Under the pieces are notes generated by a model. That model had not been told where the DNA came from. It worked only from the letters and a program-made list of their open reading frames with translations, and ran no database searches. Positions 56,935 to 64,000 of a stretch of 64,000 nt of DNA are shown here, piece after piece. The stretch spans positions 1,152,001 to 1,216,000 of the forward strand of contig CBDCOX010000002.1 of the NCBI GenBank assembly GCA_965219995.1, given 5' to 3'. The translations under genes and the position numbers were made by a program. Each line of letters begins with the position of its first letter. The first letter of the stretch is position 1. The stretch is from Candidatus Latescibacterota bacterium. GTDB taxonomy: Bacteria; Latescibacterota; UBA2968; GCA-2709665.

Positions 56935-58479
56935 ATGGACAGTCGAGACCGTGTTGTCATCTTCGACACCACATTGCGCGACGCCGAACAGACGCCCGGT
57001 GCGAAACTCTCGGTACGGGAAAAGGTCGAAATCGCCCACCAGCTCGCCAAACTCAAGGTGGACGTCATCGAAGCCGGCTTTCCGATCTCGTCGGCCGAAG
57101 ACTTCGAAGCGGTACGGCGAATCGGACAGGAAGTCGAGGGTCCGGCCGTGTGCGGCCTCTCCAGGGCCGTCATCAAGGATATCGACCGCGCCGGCGAAGC
57201 ACTCAGAGGTGCGGCCAAACCCAGGATCCATACATTCATCGGCACCTCGCCGAACCATATCGCGATGGTCGGCAAATCCGCCGACGAGGTCCTCGGCATG
57301 GCCGTCGATGCCGTCAGGAGGGCGCGGGCGTACGTCGATGACGTCGAATTCTCGCCTATGGACGCGGCCCGTACAGAACCCGGGTACCTCTATGCGATCA
57401 TCGAGGCCACCATTGAAGCCGGCGCATCCACGGTGAACATTCCGGATACAGTGGGCTATGCCGTCCCCGAACAGTTCGGCGGCCTCATCCGGAACATACG
57501 CGAGAACGTTCCCAATATAGGCCGGGCCGTCATCAGCGTACACTGTCACGACGACCTCGGGATGGCGGTCATCAACAGTCTCACAGCCATCCTGAACGGC
57601 GCGCGGCAGGCGGAATGTACCGTCAACGGCCTGGGCGAGCGTGCGGGCAACGCCTCGCTCGAGGAAATCGTGATGGCAATACGTACACGGGAAGACTATT
57701 ATCGGCTATGTACGAATATAGACACAAAGGAGATCTGTCCGACAAGCCGGCTCGTGAGCCGGCTGATGGGCATACCCGTTGCGCCCAACAAGGCGATCGT
57801 GGGCGCCAACGCCTTCGCGCACAGTTCCGGTATACACCAGGACGGCGTCCTGAAAAACCGTACGAACTTTGAAATCATCGACCCGAAAGACGTAGGCCTC
57901 GAAGCCACGAGCATCGTCCTCACGGCAAGATCGGGGCGCCACGCCCTCCGGCACCGGCTGGAAGAACTGGGATACCACCTCCAACAGAACGACCTGAACA
58001 AGGCGTACGAGCGATTTCTTATCGTTGCCGACAAGAAAAAAGAAGTGTACGACGAAGACCTGATGGCCATTGTCGAGGACGAGATCCGGGATATCCCCGA
58101 AAAATACAAGCTTCTGTACATGCACACCACGAGCGGCACCGGCACCATCCCCTCCGCAACCGTGCGGATTTGCATTGAGGGCGAAAGAGAAATCCAGGAG
58201 TCCGCCTGGGGCGACGGACCGGTCGACGCCACCTACAAGGCCATCGCCAAAGCCACGTCGACGGACGTACAGGTCGACGAATGCCACATCCGTTCCGTCA
58301 CCCACGGCGCCGAAGCGATGGGTGAAGTGACCGTTAAAGTCAGCGGGCCGGAAGACGGCGCCACGGGAAGGGGCGCATCGACGGACATCATCCAGGCCAG
58401 CGCGAAGGCCTACATCGACGCCCTGAACCACCTGGCCTTGCGCTCCGGCGTAAGGCGGCACCGGACGGAAGCGGTATAG
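56935..58479 (+). CDS. leuA: 2-isopropylmalate synthase
   Basis: [33 protein letters not shown]-terminal regulatory domain. Confidence 0.95.
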   Translation: MDSRDRVVIFDTTLRDAEQTPGAKLSVREKVEIAHQLAKLKVDVIEAGFPISSAEDFEAVRRIGQEVEGPAVCGLSRAVIKDIDRAGEALRGAAKPRIHTFIGTSPNHIAMVGKSADEVLGMAVDAVRRARAYVDDVEFSPMDAARTEPGYLYAIIEATIEAGASTVNIPDTVGYAVPEQFGGLIRNIRENVPNIGRAVISVHCHDDLGMAVINSLTAILNGARQAECTVNGLGERAGNASLEEIVMAIRTREDYYRLCTNIDTKEICPTSRLVSRLMGIPVAPNKAIVGANAFAHSSGIHQDGVLKNRTNFEIIDPKDVGLEATSIVLTARSGRHALRHRLEELGYHLQQNDLNKAYERFLIVADKKKEVYDEDLMAIVEDEIRDIPEKYKLLYMHTTSGTGTIPSATVRICIEGEREIQESAWGDGPVDATYKAIAKATSTDVQVDECHIRSVTHGAEAMGEVTVKVSGPEDGATGRGASTDIIQASAKAYIDALNHLALRSGVRRHRTEAV

Positions 58480-58546
58480 GAGCGGCGGAACCGCCCGGCG
58501 CCAATTTTCGGCTTTCCAACTGTCAGATCCGGAGGTTGCACCATCC

Positions 58547-59950
58547 ATGGGCAAGAGTCTGTTTTACAAGGTGTGGGACGCCCACGCCGTACGTGAACTT
58601 CCATCGGGACAGACCCAGCTTTTCATCGGCCTGCACCTGATTCACGAAGTAACGAGCCCCCAGGCGTTTCAGATGATGCGCGAGCGCGACCTCAAAGTCG
58701 CGTACCCGGAGCGCACCTTTGCCACGGTGGACCATATTGTTCCCACCGATATCCGTACCCGCCCGCTGATGGATCCCATGGCGGAAGAGATGCTCGGCGC
58801 GATCGAGGAAAACTCGCGGGAATTCGACATTCCCCTCTTCAATCTCCACGACGACCGTCAGGGCATCGTCCATATCATCGGCCCCGAACTCGGGCTCACG
58901 CAACCGGGCATGACCATCGCCTGCGGCGACAGCCACACATCCACCCACGGGGCGTTCGGCGCAATCGCCTTCGGCATCGGGACCTCACAGGTGCGCGACG
59001 TCCTCGCCACGCAGTGCCTCGCCATGCACCCGCTCAGGGTCCGCCGCATCGAAGTGACCGGCAGCCTCCCGAAAGGCGTGTACGCGAAAGACGTTATCCT
59101 CAACATCATTCGCCGGCTCGGCGTCAACGGCGGCGTCGGTTACGCATATGAATACGCCGGACCTGTAATCGACGGGTTGAGCATGGAAGAACGCATGTCG
59201 ATCTGCAACATGTCCATCGAAGGCGGCGCCCGCGCGGGATACATCAATCCGGACCAGACCACGTTCGACTATCTCGCGGGCCGGGCTTACTCGCCGTCGA
59301 ACGGCGGGTTCGACAGGGCTGTGGACTGGTGGAAGACGATGGCCTCGGACGCCGATGCCCCGTACGACGATATCTTCGAACTGGACGGGGCGGCGCTCGA
59401 ACCCACCGTGACATGGGGCATCACTCCGGGCCAGGGCGTTTTTGTGACGGAAAAAGTCCCCGCCCTGCGGGATCTTCGTGACGATGAACGGGACGTCGCC
59501 GCCGAAGCCTACGAGTATATGGATTTCGACGCGGGTAGCCCCATCGCGGGCACGCCGATCGACGTCGCGTTCATCGGCTCCTGCACCAACGGCCGGATTT
59601 CCGATCTTCGAGAGGCCGCCAGCGTCGTGAAGGGGAACAGAGTGTCGGGCAACGTCAAGGCCCTAGTCGTGCCCGGCTCCGCGGCCGTGCGCAGGAACGC
59701 GGAATCGGAAGGCCTGCATGAGGTTTTCCGGGAGGCCGGGTTTGAGTGGAGAGAAGCAGGTTGTTCCATGTGTCTTGCCATGAACCCGGACAAGCTCCAG
59801 CACCGCCAGATCTGCGCTTCTTCGAGCAACCGGAATTTCAAGGGCCGCCAGGGCAGCCCCACGGGCCGCACCCTGCTGATGAGCCCGGCAATGGTCGCCG
59901 CCGCGGCCGTTTCCGGCGAAGTGACAGACGTACGTGCCATGCTCACGTGA
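58547..59950 (+). CDS. leuC: 3-isopropylmalate dehydratase large subunit
   Basis: [36 protein letters not shown]. Confidence 0.97.
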   Translation: MGKSLFYKVWDAHAVRELPSGQTQLFIGLHLIHEVTSPQAFQMMRERDLKVAYPERTFATVDHIVPTDIRTRPLMDPMAEEMLGAIEENSREFDIPLFNLHDDRQGIVHIIGPELGLTQPGMTIACGDSHTSTHGAFGAIAFGIGTSQVRDVLATQCLAMHPLRVRRIEVTGSLPKGVYAKDVILNIIRRLGVNGGVGYAYEYAGPVIDGLSMEERMSICNMSIEGGARAGYINPDQTTFDYLAGRAYSPSNGGFDRAVDWWKTMASDADAPYDDIFELDGAALEPTVTWGITPGQGVFVTEKVPALRDLRDDERDVAAEAYEYMDFDAGSPIAGTPIDVAFIGSCTNGRISDLREAASVVKGNRVSGNVKALVVPGSAAVRRNAESEGLHEVFREAGFEWREAGCSMCLAMNPDKLQHRQICASSSNRNFKGRQGSPTGRTLLMSPAMVAAAAVSGEVTDVRAMLT

Positions 59951-59962
59951 AAGGGCATCCTG

Positions 59963-60559
59963 ATGAACGGCGCAACCTCCTCAGTCACCCGCGCATGGGG
60001 TCGAGGCATCCCGTTGCGGGGCAACGACATCGATACCGACCGGATCATTCCCGCCAGGTACCTGCGCAAGATCACGTTCGAGGGCCTGGGGGAATTCGCC
60101 TTTGAAGACGACCGCAAGTCCACGGACCATCCTTTCGACGACGCCCGGTACCGGGGGGCGTCCATACTGGTGGTCAATGCCAACTTCGGATGCGGATCTT
60201 CCCGCGAACACGCGCCGCAGGCCATCATGCGCCGGGGTATCAGAGCCATCGTGGGCGAGTCGTTTGCGGAGATATTCCAGGGCAACTGCACTGCAATGGG
60301 TTTGCCCTGCGTCACGGCGTCCGCCGCGAGCATTCAGACCCTGATGGACGCCATCGAATCCGATCCGACACGGGAGATCACCGTCGACCTGGAGGCAATG
60401 ACCCTGGTTTGCGGCGATCTGGGCGTCGAGGTCCGGATTCCGGACGGAGACCGCATTCAGCTCCTGGAAGGGACGTGGGACGCCACGGGGATGCTTCTGG
60501 ACGGTCGCGAGGCCGTTCGCTCCGTCGCGCGGAATCTCCCGTATATCTCAGGTTTTTAA
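59963..60559 (+). CDS. leuD: 3-isopropylmalate dehydratase small subunit
   Basis: DIDTDRIIPARYL, NFGCGSSREHAP. Confidence 0.96.
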   Translation: MNGATSSVTRAWGRGIPLRGNDIDTDRIIPARYLRKITFEGLGEFAFEDDRKSTDHPFDDARYRGASILVVNANFGCGSSREHAPQAIMRRGIRAIVGESFAEIFQGNCTAMGLPCVTASAASIQTLMDAIESDPTREITVDLEAMTLVCGDLGVEVRIPDGDRIQLLEGTWDATGMLLDGREAVRSVARNLPYISGF

Positions 60560-60576
60560 TCCATCGGAGGAAACCA

Positions 60577-61641
60577 TTGTCTTATAAGATCGCAGTGGTC
60601 CCCGGCGACGGCACCGGGCCTGAAGTTGTCGAGGAAGGGCTGAAATGCGTCACCGCCACCGCGCGGAAATGCGGTTTCGACTTTGATACGGTCACCTTCG
60701 ATTTCGGCGGCGATCGGTACCTGAGAACCGGCGAGACCCTGCCGGACTCGGCACTCGAGGAACTCCGTGGATTCGACGCCATCTATCTGGGCGCGATCGG
60801 CCATCCGGACGTCCGCCCCGGGATCCTGGAGAAAGGCATTCTCCTGAGAACCCGTTTTGAACTCGACCAGTACATCAATCTGCGTCCGGTCAAGCTATAT
60901 CCCAGCGTGGACTGCCCTCTTAAGGACAAGGGCCCCGAGGACATCGATTTTGTCGTCGTGCGGGAAAATACCGAGGGCCTCTATTCCGGCGCTGGCGGAT
61001 TCCTGAAAAAGGGCACCCCGGACGAGGTCGCCGTCCAGGAATCCGTCAATACCCGAAAGGGTGTCGAGCGCTGCCTGAGGTATGCCTTCGAATACACGCG
61101 CAGACGCAAGCGGGAGAACACCCTTACCCTTTGCGGCAAGACCAACGTGCTGACCTTTGCCTTCGACCTCTGGGAGCGCGCGTTCAACGAAATCGGAGGC
61201 GCCGAGTACCCCGATGTCAAGCGCGACTATGCCCACGTTGACGCCATCACGATGTGGATGGTGAAAAACCCGGAGTGGTTCGACGTCATTGTCACCGACA
61301 ACATGTTCGGCGACATCATCACCGACCTGGGGGCGATGATCCAGGGCGGGATGGGCGTCGCGGCCGGCGGCAACATCAACCCTGAGGGCGTCTCCATGTT
61401 CGAGCCCATCGGCGGATCGGCGCCGAAATATACCGGCATGGGGGTCATCAATCCCGTGGCCGGCATCGCCGCCGCGCAGATGATGCTCGACGTTCTGGGC
61501 GAGACCGACGGCGCCTCCATTCTGGAAAGCGCCATCATCCACGTCGTTGGCACCAGACTCAAGGGTATGGGCGCCGGAGAGATGGGCTGCAGCACCTCCG
61601 AAGTCGGCGACCTCATCGCCGACGCAGTCGCACGCGCCTAG
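60577..61641 (+). CDS. leuB: 3-isopropylmalate dehydrogenase
   Basis: IAVVPGDGTGPEV, NLRPVK, VRENTEG, NMFGDIITD, FEPIGGSAP; TTG start with GGAGG RBS. Confidence 0.93.
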   Translation: MSYKIAVVPGDGTGPEVVEEGLKCVTATARKCGFDFDTVTFDFGGDRYLRTGETLPDSALEELRGFDAIYLGAIGHPDVRPGILEKGILLRTRFELDQYINLRPVKLYPSVDCPLKDKGPEDIDFVVVRENTEGLYSGAGGFLKKGTPDEVAVQESVNTRKGVERCLRYAFEYTRRRKRENTLTLCGKTNVLTFAFDLWERAFNEIGGAEYPDVKRDYAHVDAITMWMVKNPEWFDVIVTDNMFGDIITDLGAMIQGGMGVAAGGNINPEGVSMFEPIGGSAPKYTGMGVINPVAGIAAAQMMLDVLGETDGASILESAIIHVVGTRLKGMGAGEMGCSTSEVGDLIADAVARA

Positions 61642-61805
61642 TGTTCTGTCCCAGAAATAAGTTGCCTGAATTCGGCCGTCGAGTCGCCCGGCACGCAAGG
61701 CGCCAGAGCGCAGGCGACCTAGCCAGGTCGGCGAGCGAAGGCAACGCTGCGAGACGGGATGAATCGGCGGAAGAATGGTGAGGTATTTTTGGGACAGGAC
61801 ACGAG
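61638..61805. mobile_element. 168-bp ERIC-like MITE, copy 2
   Basis: 162/168 identical to 14172-14339; its left CTAG contains the leuB TAG stop. Confidence 0.85.
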
Positions 61806-61988
61806 CGCGGAGAACTGTCGATGACGCACGAGAATTCAGCGGAAAGGAAGTGGAATCAGCCGGGCGGCGGCCGCCGCCCGGACCGCATTGGATCGGCGGA
61901 CGATTGATTTCAAGGGCGCGACCCCGGCCGACCGGGCGCGCCTGTTCGAGTTCCGCCAATCTCCAATCCAATGCACAGGGAGCTATTC

Positions 61989-63596
61989 ATGTCAGACTTT
62001 GTACAGATATACGATTCCACCCTGAGAGACGGCGCACAGGCCGAAGGCATCGCATTTTCGCTGGATGACAAGCTGATGATCGCGCAGCGCCTCGACGAAC
62101 TCGGTGTTCAATACATCGAGGGCGGGTGGCCGAATCCCACCAATCCCAAAGACCTTGAATTCTTCAATCGCATCCGCGAACTCCCGCTCGAGAATGCGAA
62201 GGTTGCCGCCTTCGGCAGCACCCGCCGGGCGAACAATCATCCGGAGGATGACGGTATTCTCAACACCCTGCTCCAGGCGGACACGAACGTGGTCACCCTC
62301 TTCGGCAAGTCCTGGGAGCTGCACGTCACCCACGTCCTCCGCACCACTCGCGACGAAAACCTGAAACTCATCCAGGACTCCGTCGCGTTCATCGGATCGA
62401 ACGGGCGCGAGGTCGTCTACGACGCGGAGCACTTCTTCGACGGGTACAAGGCCGACCCGCACTACGCCGTCGCCACGCTGCTGGCGGCACAGGACGGCGG
62501 CGCCCGCATTCTCGTTCTTTGCGACACCAACGGCGGCACCCTGCCCTCGGAACTGCAGGAAATCATCGAAAACGTAAAGCAAAAGATCAGCCTGCCGTTT
62601 GGGATCCACACCCACAACGACGCTGGCGTGGGCGTCGCCAACACGCTTGTGGCCGTAGAAATGGGCGCGGCGCAGGTCCAGGGTACTTTCAATGGATACG
62701 GGGAGCGCTGCGGCAACGCCAATCTCTGTTCCATCATTCCGAGCCTCGAGCTGAAACTCGATAAAATCAGCATCGGCCCCGGAAAGCTGGCGAAATTGAT
62801 GGACTTTTCCCGTTTCCTGAGCGAAATCGCAAACGTCCATCACGACCACCGGCAGCCTTACGTGGGGGAGAGCGCGTTTGCGCACAAGGGCGGGGTTCAC
62901 ATCGACGCCATGGTCAAACAACCGGCCACGTACGAACACTGCGATCCGGAGGATGTGGGGAACGAGCGGCGTTTTCTGCTGTCCGAACAATCCGGGAGCG
63001 CCACCATCGCCGCCAAGTTGAATCACCTCATCCCCGGACTCGACAAAAAGCATCCCGCGCTTCAGCGCCTGCTTCGACAGATCAAGCAACTCGAAAACGA
63101 GGGCTACGTGTTCGAGGCGGCGGAGGCGTCCTTCGAAATCCTGGCGCGCAAGGCGCTCGGCGCCATTTCCGACCCGTTCCGGCTCATCGGATTCCGCACC
63201 ATCAACCGGAAATCCGCGGAAGGGACGGAAGTCGAAGCGATCGTCAAAGTCGAGGTGGAGGGTCGGACCTATCACACGGTGGCCGATGGAGACGGCCCGG
63301 TAAACGCGCTGGACGCGGCGCTGCGACAGGGGTTGGAACAGGAGTACCCCATCCTCAAGGACGTCCACCTCGAAGACTACAAGGTCCGCGTCCTGTCCGC
63401 CCACGACGGCACTGCCGCAAGGGTACGGGTACTCATCGAGTCCTCGGACAGCCGGAGGATCTGGAATACGATCGGCGTGTCCGAAAATATCATAGAAGCC
63501 AGCTGGATCGCTCTGGTGGACAGCCTCACGTACAAGCTGCTCCTGGAGGGCGTCCTTGCAAACACAGAACCGATCCTGCATGAAGCGCTGGCATGA
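61989..63596 (+). CDS. cimA: citramalate synthase
   Basis: YDSTLRDGAQ, IEGGWP, AAFGSTRR, YDAEHFFDGY, HKGGVH. Confidence 0.92.
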   Translation: MSDFVQIYDSTLRDGAQAEGIAFSLDDKLMIAQRLDELGVQYIEGGWPNPTNPKDLEFFNRIRELPLENAKVAAFGSTRRANNHPEDDGILNTLLQADTNVVTLFGKSWELHVTHVLRTTRDENLKLIQDSVAFIGSNGREVVYDAEHFFDGYKADPHYAVATLLAAQDGGARILVLCDTNGGTLPSELQEIIENVKQKISLPFGIHTHNDAGVGVANTLVAVEMGAAQVQGTFNGYGERCGNANLCSIIPSLELKLDKISIGPGKLAKLMDFSRFLSEIANVHHDHRQPYVGESAFAHKGGVHIDAMVKQPATYEHCDPEDVGNERRFLLSEQSGSATIAAKLNHLIPGLDKKHPALQRLLRQIKQLENEGYVFEAAEASFEILARKALGAISDPFRLIGFRTINRKSAEGTEVEAIVKVEVEGRTYHTVADGDGPVNALDAALRQGLEQEYPILKDVHLEDYKVRVLSAHDGTAARVRVLIESSDSRRIWNTIGVSENIIEASWIALVDSLTYKLLLEGVLANTEPILHEALA

Positions 63597-63648
63597 GTCC
63601 CGCGCCCGCCGGGCCTGACGGGTTCGGGTCTCCTTTCCGATTGAAAAA

Positions 63649-64000
63649 ATGAAAATCACCTCCCGCAGAATCGAACGCCTTCCGCCGTACGTATTTGCCG
63701 AGGTCAACGCGCACAAGATGCGCCTGCGCCGGCAGGGTCTGGATATCATCGACCTGGGGATGGGAAATCCGGACCAGCCCACTCCGGCGCACATTGTGGA
63801 CAAGCTCATCGAAGTCGCCGGTGATCCGAAAACCCACCGCTATGCCCCGTCGCAGGGGATCGCCGCGTTGCGCGCGGCAATCTGCCGGCATTACAGGCGG
63901 CGTTTCGGCGTCGACCTGGACCCCGACACGGAGGCCCTCGCCACCATCGGCTCCAAGGAGGGCCTCGCCCACATCTGCCTGGCGCTCCTGGATCCCGGAG
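63649..64000 (+). CDS. class I/II PLP aminotransferase (AlaC/DapL-like), 5' part, runs off the window
   Basis: [19 protein letters not shown]...[10 protein letters not shown]...HRY...[10 protein letters not shown]. Confidence 0.88.
   Translation, partial: MKITSRRIERLPPYVFAEVNAHKMRLRRQGLDIIDLGMGNPDQPTPAHIVDKLIEVAGDPKTHRYAPSQGIAALRAAICRHYRRRFGVDLDPDTEALATIGSKEGLAHICLALLDPG

Noticed and set aside
60190-60576. N-terminal extension of the leuB ORF in the track
   Set aside because: It overlaps leuD; the real start is TTG at 60577 with a GGAGG RBS.

Overview
A GC-rich (roughly 60% by eye) bacterial chromosomal segment. The gene content (PorX-type response regulator next to tsaE, long three-domain IspG, GldA/F/G-type ABC system, ECF sigma with C-terminal extension) suggests an FCB-group organism, possibly Latescibacterota/Gemmatimonadota-like; this is inference. 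In order, the window holds: a glycosyltransferase/flippase operon, an OGG1-type glycosylase, an ABC exporter with DUF1854, a Rieske protein, an orphan RND transporter, queC, a KamA radical SAM enzyme, UPF0182-murQ, a Zn-finger-less ClpX paralogue divergent from rqcH, HK-porX-tsaE, and rpsU-cvpA-mutS2-ispG-dnaG-tRNA(CAT) with no rpoD. After the tRNA comes a lower-GC decayed defence island (methyltransferase remnant, intact ABC-ATPase/DUF4276 pair, UvrD remnant, Cas4-like nuclease). Then follow serpin and ankyrin lipoproteins, HU/IHF, a cN-III-like nucleotidase, transglutaminase-like and DegT genes, a Gld-type ABC operon and ilvN-leuACDB-cimA. The standout is a 455-aa ECF sigma factor fused to a two-domain DNA polymerase III beta-clamp (DnaN domains II+III)-like module at 45719-47086, with a candidate ECF-type promoter and an internal ribosome-binding site. 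A 168-bp ERIC-like MITE occurs twice. All calls rest on reading motifs by eye; no database search was run.
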